Assembly (NCBI GenBank): GCA_038249195.1
Contig: JBBRWM010000004.1
Coordinates: 138,218 to 202,217 of the forward strand
Direction of reading: 5' to 3'
DNA length: 64,000 nucleotides
DNA from: Actinomycetota bacterium
GTDB lineage: Bacteria > Actinomycetota > UBA4738 > HRBIN12
Positions 41,013 through 54,809 of this stretch are shown here, piece by piece. Each line of letters opens with the position of its first letter. The stretch's first letter is position 1. Under the pieces are notes generated by a model. The model was not told where the DNA came from, did no database searches, and saw only the letters and a list, made by a program, of their open reading frames with translations. Position numbers and translations under genes: made by a program.

Positions 41013-42974
41013 ATGAGCGACCCACAGCGACACATCGAGGCCCTGCTGTCGGAGGAGCGCCTCTTCGAGCCACCGCCCTCGTTCATCGAGCGCGCGGTCG
41101 TCACCGACCCGGGCGTCTACGAGCGCGCCAACGCGGACTTCGAGGGCTTCTGGGCAGAGCAGGCCGAGCGGCTCGCGTGGTACACGCGCTGGGACACCGT
41201 CATGGAGTGGACGCCCCCCTGGGTGAAGTGGTTCGTTGGGGGCACCCTGAACGTGTCCTATAACTGCCTGGACCGCCACGTCGAGGCGGGCGGCGGCGAC
41301 AAGGTCGCCTACTACTGGGAGGGTGAACCCGAGGACCGGCGCACGGTCACGTACCGGGACCTCTACGAGGAGACGTGCCGGTTCGCCAATGCGCTGAAGT
41401 CCCTGGGGGTGACGAAAGGCGATCGCGTCGCGATCTACCTCGGGATGGTGCCGGAGTTACCCGTGGCGATGCTGGCGTGCGCGCGCATCGGCGCGGCGCA
41501 TTCGGTGGTGTTCGGCGGATTCAGTGCGGAGGCCTTGAAGGATCGGATCAACGACGCCGAGGCCAAGGTGCTCATCACGGCTGATGGCGGCTATCGGCGC
41601 GGAATGGTCGTGCCGCTGAAGCAGAACGCAGACGAGGCCGTCGCCGGATGTCCCTCGATCGAGCACGTGATCACGGTGCGGCGAACCGGGTCGGAGCACG
41701 CATTCGAGTCGGGGCGCGACCTGTGGTACCACGAGGTGATCGCCGACCAACCCGCGGAGTGCGCGCCCGAGCCGATGGGCTCCGAGGATCTCCTCTACCT
41801 GCTGTACACGAGCGGCACCACGGGCAACCCGAAGGGGATCGCGCACACCACTGGCGGCTACCTGACCCAGGTGGCCGCGACGCACCGGATGGTCTTCGAC
41901 ATCAAGGACGACGACGTGTACTGGTGCGCCGCTGACATCGGCTGGGTCACGGGCCACTCGTACATCGTGTATGGCCCGCTCGCCAACCACTGCACCGGGA
42001 TCATCTACGAGGGAGCGCCGGACTGGCCCGAACAGGATCGCCTGTGGGCGATCGCGGAACGCTATCGAGCCACGATCTTGTACACGGCTCCCACGGCGAT
42101 CCGCGCGTTCATGCGCTGGGGCACCGAGCTTCCGGCTCGGCACGACCTCTCCTCGCTGCGGCTGCTCGGCTCCGTGGGGGAGCCCATCAACCCGGAGGCA
42201 TGGGTCTGGTACTGGACCTACATCGGGGGGGAGCGATGCCCCATCGTCGATACGTGGTGGCAGACGGAGACGGGGGCGATCCTCGTGACGCCGCTGCCCG
42301 GTATCACGTCGCTGAAGCCCGGATCCGCCACGTTCCCCTTCCCGGGGATCGAGGCGGACGTCGTGGATGAGGCGGGTGCGTCGGTGCCACCGGGAGGGGG
42401 CGGGTACCTCGTGCTGAAGCACCCTTGGCCCTCGATCGCGCGGACCATCTGGGGCGATCCGGACCGCTACGTCGACACCTACTTCGGCAAGTACGGGACC
42501 GACGTGTACGTGGCAGGCGACGGGTGTCGCCGCGACGAGCAGGGCTACTACTGGCTCCTCGGCCGGATCGACGACGTCATGAACGTCGCGGGACACCGGC
42601 TGTCCACCTACGAGATCGAGAGCGCCCTCGTGGACGACCAACGCGTCGCCGAAGCGGCGGTCGTCTCGCGTCCCCACGAACTCAAGGGGGAGGGCATCGT
42701 GGCGTTCGTGACGTTGAAGGGCGGCGCGGCGGGCGACGAAGCCACGGCGCAGGCGCTCCGCGAGCACGTCGCGAAGATGATCGGGCCTATCGCCAAGCCG
42801 GACAACATCGTGTTCACGCCGGATCTGCCCAAGACGCGTTCGGGCAAGATCATGCGCAGGCTGCTTCGCGACGTGGCGCGCGGGGACTCGTTGGGCGACG
42901 TCACGACCCTCGCGAACGCCGAGATCGTGGACGAGATCCGCACCCGGGCGGCAACGGCGCCCAGTGAGGAGTGA
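41013..42974 (+). CDS. acs: Acetyl-coenzyme A synthetase (AMP-forming)
   Basis: The N-terminus '[45 protein letters not shown]' is typical of Acs. The AMP-binding motifs are '[11 protein letters not shown]' and 'WQTETG'. The acetylatable Lys region is '[11 protein letters not shown]'. An RBS 'AGGAGGAAG' is present. Confidence 0.95.
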   Translation: MSDPQRHIEALLSEERLFEPPPSFIERAVVTDPGVYERANADFEGFWAEQAERLAWYTRWDTVMEWTPPWVKWFVGGTLNVSYNCLDRHVEAGGGDKVAYYWEGEPEDRRTVTYRDLYEETCRFANALKSLGVTKGDRVAIYLGMVPELPVAMLACARIGAAHSVVFGGFSAEALKDRINDAEAKVLITADGGYRRGMVVPLKQNADEAVAGCPSIEHVITVRRTGSEHAFESGRDLWYHEVIADQPAECAPEPMGSEDLLYLLYTSGTTGNPKGIAHTTGGYLTQVAATHRMVFDIKDDDVYWCAADIGWVTGHSYIVYGPLANHCTGIIYEGAPDWPEQDRLWAIAERYRATILYTAPTAIRAFMRWGTELPARHDLSSLRLLGSVGEPINPEAWVWYWTYIGGERCPIVDTWWQTETGAILVTPLPGITSLKPGSATFPFPGIEADVVDEAGASVPPGGGGYLVLKHPWPSIARTIWGDPDRYVDTYFGKYGTDVYVAGDGCRRDEQGYYWLLGRIDDVMNVAGHRLSTYEIESALVDDQRVAEAAVVSRPHELKGEGIVAFVTLKGGAAGDEATAQALREHVAKMIGPIAKPDNIVFTPDLPKTRSGKIMRRLLRDVARGDSLGDVTTLANAEIVDEIRTRAATAPSEE

Positions 42975-43395
42975 CGTGAGCGTCGATGAGCGCGTGCTCT
43001 CGGGCCCCGAGGCAGCCTTCGTCGATGAACGGCGCGTCGCCTATCTCGCCACGGTATACGCCGACGGCCGCCCGCACGTCGTCCCCATCTCCCCCGTGCT
43101 CGACCTCAACCGCCTGGTGTTCGCGTCCGAACGCGACGCCCAGAAGGTCCGCAACCTGCAGGGAGATCCCGCCGTGTCCGTGGGATGCGACGAGTACCAC
43201 GAGGACTGGAACGAGCTGAGGCAGGTGCTCATGCACGGCCAGGCCTATGTCGTGGACGGCGGTCCCGAGTTCGAGCGGGATCGGGATCTGCTCTACGGGA
43301 AGTTCCCCCAGTACGAGACGATGGCGCCGATCACACGGGAAACGTCCGTGATCGTGGAGGTCCGCGTCGACCGCGTGGTCAGCTGGGGGCTGTAG
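42964..43395 (+). CDS. Pyridoxamine 5'-phosphate oxidase-like (PPOX class, possibly F420-dependent) protein
   Basis: The split-barrel motif '[20 protein letters not shown]' is present. The protein is ~140 aa. The start is uncertain (ATG 42964 or GTG 42976) and overlaps the acs end. Confidence 0.7.
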   Translation: MRSDVSVDERVLSGPEAAFVDERRVAYLATVYADGRPHVVPISPVLDLNRLVFASERDAQKVRNLQGDPAVSVGCDEYHEDWNELRQVLMHGQAYVVDGGPEFERDRDLLYGKFPQYETMAPITRETSVIVEVRVDRVVSWGL

Positions 43396-43498
43396 CTCGT
43401 CTACTGAGCTGGCCGGACGACGGCGCGTCCCTCGAACTTGACCGATGACGGAGACGGGCGTATCCAGGAGGGGTTCATCGAGGAAAGGGGAGGAAGCG

Positions 43499-43885
43499 AT
43501 GGCGACCGATCTCACGATCTCCGTCGAGGACCGCCCGGGCGGGCTCGCGGCCGTCGGCGAGGCGCTCGGCAAGGCGGGGATCAACGTCGAGGGCGTCTGC
43601 GGCCACGGGTTCGACGGGCGCGGCATGATCCACATCTGCGTGCAAGATGGTGCGGCGGCCCGGAGCGCGCTCGAGGCCGCAGGCATCAAGGTGGAGGGTG
43701 AAGCCGAGGCGATCCTCGGGGAGTCCGTGCCGGGCGCGGACACGCCCGGGACGATGGGCGCGATGACGCGGCAGGTCGCCGACGCCGGGATCAACGTTCG
43801 CTCCGTCTACCTGGCCACGAACTCGCGCGTCGTGATGGTGACCGACGACAACGCGAAGATGATGGGGCTCATGGCGCAGATGTAG
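43499..43885 (+). CDS. Tandem ACT-domain protein
   Basis: Two beta-alpha-beta-beta-alpha-beta repeats are visible. They begin 'LTISVEDRPGGLAAVGEALGKAGINVEGV' and 'PGTMGAMTRQVADAGINVRSVYLA'. An RBS 'GAAAGGGGAGGAAG' is present. Confidence 0.7.
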   Translation: MATDLTISVEDRPGGLAAVGEALGKAGINVEGVCGHGFDGRGMIHICVQDGAAARSALEAAGIKVEGEAEAILGESVPGADTPGTMGAMTRQVADAGINVRSVYLATNSRVVMVTDDNAKMMGLMAQM

Positions 43886-43904
43886 GGCGAAGCCAACCCG
43901 GTCC

Positions 43905-45707
43905 TCAGTTCAGATGCCGCGCGAAGAAGTCCAACGCCAGGCGAACGTGCGCGATCTGCTCGTCCACGTCGTTCGCGTGGTGACCGCTGGGGTACAGATG
44001 CACTTCGACCTCGCGACCCCGGGCGCGGAGGGCGTGCGCGTACGTCATCACCTGACCGAGCGGACAGCGACTGTCGTGCTCCCCGGCGATGATGAGCATG
44101 GGCGCGATCACCCGGTCGACGTAGGTCATGGGGTTCCGCTCTCGGTAGAGCTCCGGCAAGTCCATCGGGCCGCCGCCGAGCGTCGCGAGGTCCCACGCAC
44201 GTTGCGGGGGTGCGCACTCGTAGTGGGACGCCACGTAGTCGCCCACCGGGATCCCCGCGAGGACCGCGCGCCACCGGTGCGGATGCAGGCCCGCGTTGAG
44301 GGTCGCCAGATACCCTCCCCAGGACCACCCTTCGATGAACAACCGGCCGGGGTCCGCGACGCCCTCGGCCACGAGAGAGTCCACCCCGGCGTTGAGGTCT
44401 TCGGACTCGGGGAACCCGATGTTGCCGTGGATCGCTTCGCGGAACGCCGTGCCGTAGCCCGTAGAGCCACGGTAGTTCACCGTCAGCACCGCGAAGCCGT
44501 GATCGGCATAGGCCTGCTCGGCGGGATCGAACCGGTCGGTCTCGTGATAGTCGGGACCGCCATGCACGGTCACGATCGTGGGGTGGGGTCCGGGACCGTC
44601 GGGGCGCGTGAGCCATCCCTGGATCGCCTCCCCGTCGGGGTTGTCGAACCACACCTCCTCCCGCGGGCGGCCGACCGGCGCGCGTGGGGCATCTGGGATC
44701 AGCAGGATCTCGTCGTCGGCCGCGTTCAGGATCCGGGGCGGCCGAACGCCGTCCTCGGACCGATACCAGAGGTCTCCCTCCGGGCGGATCGATGCCTGGG
44801 TGATGGTTCCTCCGGGGGGCACGAGCACCGTGGACCTCCCCTCGAGCAGGTCGAAGCGGATGAGGGCGTCGCGCGCACGGTTGTCCTGACGCAGCAGCAG
44901 CGCCGACCCGTCCGGGTACCAGCCCTCCAAGAAGAGAGCTCCGGGAGCCTCGATCGCGAGGGGCTCCAGGATCGATGCGGCCGGGTCCCAGCGCCAGGGG
45001 CGCTCGATCCCGTCCACCTCGCGGATCACGATGAGGCGCTGGTCGCCGGGCAGGGGAGACCAGCCCGCGGGGGCCAAGGAGCGGCCCTCGTCGCGCAGGT
45101 CGCCCACGAGCGCGCCCGAACGAGCCTCGACGACTCGCAGCGCCATGTGCGCGATGTCGCCCTCCTCGGCGTGTCGGATGCAGAGCAAGGTCCCGTCGCT
45201 GCAGAGGCCTCCGGCACCCTGAGGCCACTCGAGGCCGACCCCGGCCGGCCGTTCGTGCCGGTAGCGGACCTGGGCCGGATCCGCGCCGTGGGCCACGTAC
45301 ACCACGTAGTCGTCGTCGGTCGCATACCCCGCGGCGATCACACCCGGGACCATCGACAGGCCCGCCATCCACGCGTCCGGCGCCTCCGGCATGAGCGGGC
45401 TCGATGCGCCTCCGGCAAACGGCGTGAGCATCCAGCGGCCCCGCTCGTCGCCGAGCTCGTCGAGCCACCAGACGACCCCTTCACCGTCGGGCGTGATGTG
45501 GACCTCCTCCGCGCCGACGCCTCCGTTCGAGGCTTGGCGACGCTCCCCGGTGGCGAGATCCCACGCCCACGCCTGCGACCGACCGGACTCCGTCGAGACC
45601 ACGCCGAGCCGTTCGGCCGCCCCGGCCGCCCATCGGACCTCCTCGATCCGCGGTGCCGTGAAGCGGAGCTCCCAGGGGTCGGTCATGGCCGAAGCGTAGC
45701 GTTCCAC
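43905..45707 (-). CDS. S9-family serine peptidase (prolyl oligopeptidase/acylaminoacyl-peptidase-like) with N-terminal beta-propeller
   Basis: The catalytic Ser motif is 'IEGWSWGGYLA'. The conserved 'TVHGGPDYHE' and 'VNYRGSTGYG' regions are also present. Confidence 0.85.
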   Translation of the reverse strand: MERYASAMTDPWELRFTAPRIEEVRWAAGAAERLGVVSTESGRSQAWAWDLATGERRQASNGGVGAEEVHITPDGEGVVWWLDELGDERGRWMLTPFAGGASSPLMPEAPDAWMAGLSMVPGVIAAGYATDDDYVVYVAHGADPAQVRYRHERPAGVGLEWPQGAGGLCSDGTLLCIRHAEEGDIAHMALRVVEARSGALVGDLRDEGRSLAPAGWSPLPGDQRLIVIREVDGIERPWRWDPAASILEPLAIEAPGALFLEGWYPDGSALLLRQDNRARDALIRFDLLEGRSTVLVPPGGTITQASIRPEGDLWYRSEDGVRPPRILNAADDEILLIPDAPRAPVGRPREEVWFDNPDGEAIQGWLTRPDGPGPHPTIVTVHGGPDYHETDRFDPAEQAYADHGFAVLTVNYRGSTGYGTAFREAIHGNIGFPESEDLNAGVDSLVAEGVADPGRLFIEGWSWGGYLATLNAGLHPHRWRAVLAGIPVGDYVASHYECAPPQRAWDLATLGGGPMDLPELYRERNPMTYVDRVIAPMLIIAGEHDSRCPLGQVMTYAHALRARGREVEVHLYPSGHHANDVDEQIAHVRLALDFFARHLN

Positions 45708-45751
45708 ATCCGACGGTAGGCAGAGGGGGCCGAGCGCCTACTCGCTCTCCC

Positions 45752-48154
<2,403 letters not shown>

Positions 48155-48196
48155 CCGTTCAGCGAAGTCGGTGCGTGCGGGTGGCGACCTCGATCC

Positions 48197-48679
48197 TCAG
48201 CTGACCGCCTTCTTCACGAGAGCGCCGATCTTTGCCCCGTCGGCCTCGGTCAACTTCGTCAGCGCGAAGGCGGTCGGCCACACGGCGCCCTTGTCGAGGT
48301 TCGCCTCGTCGCTGAATCCGAATGACGCGTACCTCGTCTTGAACTTCTGCGCGCTTTGGAAGAAGCAGACGACCTTGCCGTCCTTGGCGTACGCGGGCAT
48401 CCCGTACCAGAGTCTCGGCGAGAGCGACGGCGCGTTGGCTTTGACGATCGCGTGGAGCCGCTTGCCCAACGCGCGGTCCGGTGCAGGCATCTCGGCGATC
48501 TTCGCAAGCACCTCGCGCTCACCGTCCGCCTCGTCCGCGCGCGACCCGCGCCGTGCGGACGCCTTCAGCTCTTGGGCGCGGTCCTTCATCGCGGCCCGTT
48601 CCTCGTCCGAGAATCCCTTGGATGTCTTGCCGCGCGCGGTGGTGGTCTTGGCGGACTTCCTCGTGTCCTTCATCGCCAT
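48197..48679 (-). CDS. DUF1801-family (YdhG-like) protein
   Basis: The region '[33 protein letters not shown]' is typical of DUF1801. The start is the internal ATG, preceded by 'AGGGAGGG'. Confidence 0.7.
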   Translation of the reverse strand: MAMKDTRKSAKTTTARGKTSKGFSDEERAAMKDRAQELKASARRGSRADEADGEREVLAKIAEMPAPDRALGKRLHAIVKANAPSLSPRLWYGMPAYAKDGKVVCFFQSAQKFKTRYASFGFSDEANLDKGAVWPTAFALTKLTEADGAKIGALVKKAVS

Positions 48680-48864
48680 GTTCCCTCCCTGGGAGATCTG
48701 AGGGTGGTCGGATCCTCCTGTTGGGGGCCGGATGCATCGACCACGGGTGGAATGGTTCCGTCCTTGGCGGCCATCATAGGTAGCGACTTCGTGAGTAGCC
48801 TCCGGAGAGCGGCAGGACTCGTGCGAATCACTTGTCACCGATGGGGTGGTTGCCGCTATCATGG

Positions 48865-48891
48865 TTAGCACTCGCCGCCCCTGAGTGCTAG
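48865..48891 (+). promoter_or_regulatory. CIRCE operator (HrcA binding site) upstream of groEL
   Basis: The sequence is TTAGCACTC-gccgcccct-GAGTGCTAG. The left arm matches the consensus TTAGCACTC-N9-GAGTGCTAA perfectly and the right arm has one mismatch. It lies 64 nt upstream of the groEL ATG. Confidence 0.8.
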
Positions 48892-50583
<1,692 letters not shown>

Positions 50584-50666
50584 TCCGTTACAGAACCGCA
50601 ACAATCTCCACCGAACCGTCCGCGGGGGGAGGCCGAATGACAGGTGGAGCCCCTCTCTCCAACGAG

Positions 50667-50695
50667 AAGGCCTCGAGCCCCCCGCTCGGGGCCTT
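50667..50695 (+). terminator. Terminator-like hairpin downstream of groEL
   Basis: AAGGCCTCGAGC-ccccc-GCTCGGGGCCTT forms a ~12-bp stem with one mismatch, about 85 nt after the groEL stop. There is no clear U-tract, which is usual in high-GC actinobacteria. Confidence 0.45.
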
Positions 50696-50760
50696 CTCCG
50701 CGTCTCGGGGCGCCCGGGAAGGGACCCGGCGCCCGCCGTAGGACGTGGCAGAATCGCGCG

Positions 50761-51246
50761 GTGACCGAGGTTCGGATCAAGATCCGCTGGCGCGACATGG
50801 ACCCATACGGCCACGTCAACAACGCCGTCTACCTCAACTATCTGGAGGAATGCCGCGATCGCTTGGTCGAGGAGCTGTTCGGGACCGGCGAGGCCTGGGA
50901 CTTCGTGCTGGTGCACGTCGGCATCGACTACCGCAACGAGCTGACCCAGGTCGACGGGGAGATCACGGTGCGCTGCGACGTGTCCGGATTCGGCACATCG
51001 AGCGTCCGGACCCGGGAAACGATCCTCACGAAAGCAGGCACCGTGGCCGCCGAGGCCGAGTCCGTGATCGTGCCGAGGGCGCCCGAGGGGTCCCGGTCGC
51101 GACCGCTCACGGACCGGGAACGCGGGGCCCTTCGCGATGCCGTGAACGAGACCGGCAAGAGCGATCTCCTCAGGCGCGAGGGGCCGGGATCAAGCGGCGG
51201 CCGTGGACGAAGTGATCGCGATACCAGCCGTCGCCCACGCGCATGA
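50761..51246 (+). CDS. Hotdog-fold acyl-CoA thioesterase (4HBT/YbgC-like)
   Basis: The N-terminus 'VRIKIRWRDMDPYGHVNNAVYLNYLEECR' is typical of this family. It uses a GTG start. The 3' ~75 nt overlap the convergent NlpC/P60 gene, so the true C-terminus is uncertain. Confidence 0.65.
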   Translation: MTEVRIKIRWRDMDPYGHVNNAVYLNYLEECRDRLVEELFGTGEAWDFVLVHVGIDYRNELTQVDGEITVRCDVSGFGTSSVRTRETILTKAGTVAAEAESVIVPRAPEGSRSRPLTDRERGALRDAVNETGKSDLLRREGPGSSGGRGRSDRDTSRRPRA

Positions 51247-52477
51247 TCGTCACGCCCCCGGGGGTGCTCGAGGAGTCCAGGGCATAGCCGTTGCCGATGT
51301 ATACGTCGACGTGGTCGACCGTCCCGTCACGGTTGCCGTCATAGAACGCCAAGTCCCCGGGCAGTAGATCGTCGTACCTGAGCGACCCGATGCGCGCCAT
51401 GTCCGCGGAGGAGCGCTGCGGGAGGGCCCACCCCACGTAGGGTCGAGGTGGCGCCACGTTCCACGAGCCTCCATCGTTCGCGCGCAGGGCCCACCAAGAG
51501 AGCCCGGAGCAATCGAACCCCGCGATCGGCTGTCCGCCGAGCCCTGAAGGCTCGGGCGATCCGAGGCCCCACTCTCCGCCCCAAACGTAGGGGTACCCGA
51601 CGTAGCGGAGACCCCACCGCACGATGTCCTGTCTCGCCGGCCCCATCTTCGGCAGCCGGATGCCGTCGTACTGGCCGGCCAGCCACGGCACGACCCAGCT
51701 CGAGAGGGTGCTCGCCTTGTACAGCGAGTAGGCCACCTGGGAGCGCGGCATCCGGCTGGTGGGGCCGACGTCCTGTCCCTCGATGGCGCTGTTGTACCGG
51801 AGCCCGAGTCGCATGCCGAGCAGCGTGGTGCCGAAGTTGATCGGCGTGGGGAACCCGACGCCGTCGGCGGTGTGCAGCGCATCCAGCTGGCGCGCGGTGT
51901 CACGCAGGCCGAGCGCGAGCACGAGCACGCGGTGCACGGTCGTCATCGTGACTGCCTTGTCCGGCATGAAGCGACCGTCGGCCGACCGCCGCATCCACCC
52001 ACGGTCCACGGCGATGTTCGCCCATCGGTAGAAGGGATGGGTCGCATCGAGGTCGGTGAATGCGATGGAGCCGTCGACGGCGCCGTGCGGTGCGAACGCA
52101 CGCACCACGGCGCGGGCGAAGTACTTGCGGGTCTCGATCACGCCCGGTCGGAACGGATACGAGCCGTCGGCGTTCGAAGGGAAGTCGCGCATCCAGTCGT
52201 TCAGCGCGCCCACGTAGTTGACGGCCGGGCGTACCCAGGCGGTGTTCGCGCCGAGATCGCTCCACTTGATCTTGGGACCGGCGCGGAGCGCTCGAGGACG
52301 TAGGTGAACGGGGAGCGGGGCGGGTCCCGATCCGTCATCGCCGGCCGTGACGCCCGCCCGCGATACGGGCGTCGCTACCGCGTTCTGCGTAGTCCCGATC
52401 GGCAAGAGCGCGAGGGACGACGCGGTGATCGCCAGCGTTAGCACGCGTCGACGGATCCTCTCACCCCCACAGACCAT
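51170..52477 (-). CDS. Secreted NlpC/P60-family peptidoglycan hydrolase with large N-terminal domain
   Basis: The catalytic Cys/His region is 'GFDCSGLSWWAL...DLAFY...HVDVYIGNGYALDS'. There is an N-terminal signal peptide. The start was chosen at an internal Met. Confidence 0.8.
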   Translation of the reverse strand: MVCGGERIRRRVLTLAITASSLALLPIGTTQNAVATPVSRAGVTAGDDGSGPAPLPVHLRPRALRAGPKIKWSDLGANTAWVRPAVNYVGALNDWMRDFPSNADGSYPFRPGVIETRKYFARAVVRAFAPHGAVDGSIAFTDLDATHPFYRWANIAVDRGWMRRSADGRFMPDKAVTMTTVHRVLVLALGLRDTARQLDALHTADGVGFPTPINFGTTLLGMRLGLRYNSAIEGQDVGPTSRMPRSQVAYSLYKASTLSSWVVPWLAGQYDGIRLPKMGPARQDIVRWGLRYVGYPYVWGGEWGLGSPEPSGLGGQPIAGFDCSGLSWWALRANDGGSWNVAPPRPYVGWALPQRSSADMARIGSLRYDDLLPGDLAFYDGNRDGTVDHVDVYIGNGYALDSSSTPGGVTIMRVGDGWYRDHFVHGRRLIPAPRA

Positions 52478-52611
52478 GCAGGGAAGTTCGGCCCTTTGAC
52501 CAGGGAACTTGAGGCGCTCGCGGTCGATCCTCATGCCTCGAGACCGTAGCCCCGCCCGCCCGGGTCGGGGCAGCGAGCCCGGACCTACGCAGGGTGCGGT
52601 AGGGTCGCGTC

Positions 52612-52830
52612 ATGCTCGGTGAACGCGAGGCCATCGTGGTGGAGGTGGCGCCCTTCAACGTCCACGGCGTCGCGCACGTGGACGTTCGCGTTGCCTACCG
52701 AGACCGGTCGACGGCCTCGGCGCGCCTCGGCGCAGAGAGCATCCCGGCGGGGCTGGCGCGCGGCGATGAGGTGGTCGTGAGCACGGCCCTCAACATGATC
52801 GTGGCGGTGCGCAGACCGCAGATCAGCTGA
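52612..52830 (+). CDS. Small hypothetical protein (72 aa)
   Basis: This is an ORF with a weak SD and no recognised motif. It may be a high-GC artefact. Confidence 0.3.
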   Translation: MLGEREAIVVEVAPFNVHGVAHVDVRVAYRDRSTASARLGAESIPAGLARGDEVVVSTALNMIVAVRRPQIS

Positions 52831-52848
52831 GCTCGACCGGGGACGCCC

Positions 52849-53379
52849 TCATTCGTTGGGACCTTCGCCGCGGACCTGCTCGACCTTCTCCAACGCCTGA
52901 CGCAGGTCCTTCAACCAGTCCTCCTGCCGCTCGGCGACCATGCGCACGCACCAGGCGAGCGCGTGGCTCCTGCTGCGGGCGACCCCCGCGTCCACCAGCG
53001 TGTCGAGCACCTTGCGCTCGGGCATGCGCAAGCGCGTCATCGCGGGGATGGACAGCGTGGTGAACAGGTGGAGCTGGTCGCCGCATCGCGCCCCCCAGGA
53101 AACCTTGCGCCCGAAGCGGCGCTGGGCCTCGTCGGCGACCTGCATGCGCTTGCCGCGCGTGTCCTCGCGGAAGCCCGCGATCCGGGAACCGAGCGCCGCG
53201 TCCCGTGTGTCCGACGTTGCGTCGGCGGGGAGCTCGGGTTCGGGGAGCGTGCCCACGACGAGGATCTCGTCGCGATCGTTCGTGACCTCGGGCGGCCCGG
53301 CGAACCACTCGGAGGGGAGCCGGCCCGCGAACCAGCCCTGCAAGTGCTCCGCGGATGAGGTGGTCTCGTTGGGAGTCAT
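52849..53379 (-). CDS. Conserved hypothetical protein with C-terminal ribbon-helix-helix-like region
   Basis: The N-terminal 'SAEHLQGWFAGRLPSEWFAGPPEV' region looks like a conserved motif. The C-terminal 'MPERKVLDTLVDAGVARSRSHALAWCVRMVAER' has an RHH-like strand-helix-helix pattern. Confidence 0.5.
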   Translation of the reverse strand: MTPNETTSSAEHLQGWFAGRLPSEWFAGPPEVTNDRDEILVVGTLPEPELPADATSDTRDAALGSRIAGFREDTRGKRMQVADEAQRRFGRKVSWGARCGDQLHLFTTLSIPAMTRLRMPERKVLDTLVDAGVARSRSHALAWCVRMVAERQEDWLKDLRQALEKVEQVRGEGPNE

Positions 53380-53540
53380 ACTCGGAGATTACATGATTAC
53401 ATACGTACGACAACCGGCCCGAGACCGGTGGGACGCGTCGGCGGAGGGATCCGTGGCTTGAATCGGCGAGCCACGGTGGTTCCGTCGCACGCGCGCCCGT
53501 GCCATGCTGGAGATCGAAACGAACGAGGGAGGGCTCGGTA

Positions 53541-54393
53541 ATGGATGCGCGACCCGCAGCGAAAGCCTCACCGCTGCCGATGATCCTGGGGATCGTCGGC
53601 GGACTCTTGTTTGTTCATCGGCGCGTTCCTGACCTGGGTCACGGCCTCGTTCGACGTTTCGAAACTGGCGCAGGCGCTCGGGGTGGACCCGGCCCTGATG
53701 CAGGGTGCGGTGGGCTCGAAGTCGCAGTCCGCGTCGGGCCTGCACAGCCAACTCCACGGAACCTTCGCCTTGATCGCGGGCATCCTCGTCGTCGCGTGCG
53801 CCGTGGTCCTGTTCGTCAGGGCCGACCTCGGCAAGATCATGGGCGCGCTGATGATCGTGTTCGGCGTGATCGGTGCCGGAGTGGCTCTGTATGACATCAG
53901 CAGGGTGAACCACCTGAAGAACGACGTGCTCGGCTCGGCGGCCGGCCTCCTTCAGGGTGCCGGGGTCGATCCCGGCGTTCTCGGTGACGCGATCAAGGTG
54001 ACCCCGGGCATCGGCATCTGGATATGCATCGCCGGCGGGCTTGTCGCGGTGGTAGGCGGCATCTTGGCGCTCATGACTAAGCCCGCGGCTCCCGCGACGA
54101 TGGCATCCGCGGGCACCGGCGTGCCTGCCGCATCGAGCGGGTTCGAGTCCTCTCCGGTCACGTCGACCCCGCCGGCCCCCGAACCGCCGCCCGTGCGCGC
54201 GCCGGAGACGCCCGCGGCCACCCCGGAGCCGCCACCGGCAGACACGACCATGACCGCCCACGAGCCGCCACCGTCCGACATGGGCACGACGGCCGCTCCG
54301 GAACCGCCGCCGGCCGACATGGGCACGAGCGCCGCCCCGGAGCCGCCGCCCGCACCCGAGACCGGGGGCGATGAGGGAGCCGGAACGACGTAG
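53541..54393 (+). CDS. Multi-pass membrane protein with Pro-rich repetitive C-terminus; apparent +1 frameshift near 53607-53615
   Basis: The ATG-started ORF at 53541 encodes 'MDARPAAKASPLPMILGIVGGLLFV' and then drifts out of frame. The 53611..54393 ORF continues the same TM helix as 'FIGAFLTWVTASF'. Removing one T from the run 'cttgtttgtt' joins them. Four to five TM helices are followed by EPPP(S/A)DMGT(T/S)AAP repeats. Confidence 0.55.
54262..54360 (+). repeat. Tandem 39-bp coding repeat (2.5 copies) encoding EPPPxDMGTxAAP
   Basis: Unit 1 is gagccgccaccgtccgacatgggcacgacggccgctccg. Unit 2 is gaaccgccgccggccgacatgggcacgagcgccgccccg. Unit 3 is partial. Confidence 0.6.
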
Positions 54394-54396
54394 CCG

Positions 54397-54801
54397 GTGC
54401 GGACGCGAGAGCTCCGGATCGACACAACGGACCGGCGGGTCGTGGACCTAACGGGGGACGTGGGTGCCTTCGCGGCCGAGACCGCCGCCGACGGACTCCT
54501 CCACGTGTTCGCGCCCCACGCCACGGTCGGCGTGGCGCTGATCGAAACGGGCGCCGGCACCGAGGGCGACCTCGAGGCCACGATCGAGCGGTTGCTGCCG
54601 CGGGACGATCGGTACGCGCACCGGCACGGGTCGGTGGGTCACGGGGGCGACCACGTCCTGCCCGCGTTCGTCTCGCCCTCACTGATCATCCCGGTGATCC
54701 AGGGCAGGCCGGCCCTCGGGACCTGGCAATCGGTCGTCTTGGTGGATCCGAACCGCGAGAACGACGTGCGGACCATCCGGCTCTCGTTCGTGCCGGGCTA
54801 G
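54397..54801 (+). CDS. YjbQ/UPF0047-family protein (secondary thiamine-phosphate synthase-like)
   Basis: The conserved 'HVFAPHATVGVALIETGAG' and 'HRHGSVGHGGDHVLPAF' motifs are present. It uses a GTG start. Confidence 0.8.
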   Translation: MRTRELRIDTTDRRVVDLTGDVGAFAAETAADGLLHVFAPHATVGVALIETGAGTEGDLEATIERLLPRDDRYAHRHGSVGHGGDHVLPAFVSPSLIIPVIQGRPALGTWQSVVLVDPNRENDVRTIRLSFVPG

Positions 54802-54809
54802 GTCGAGGC

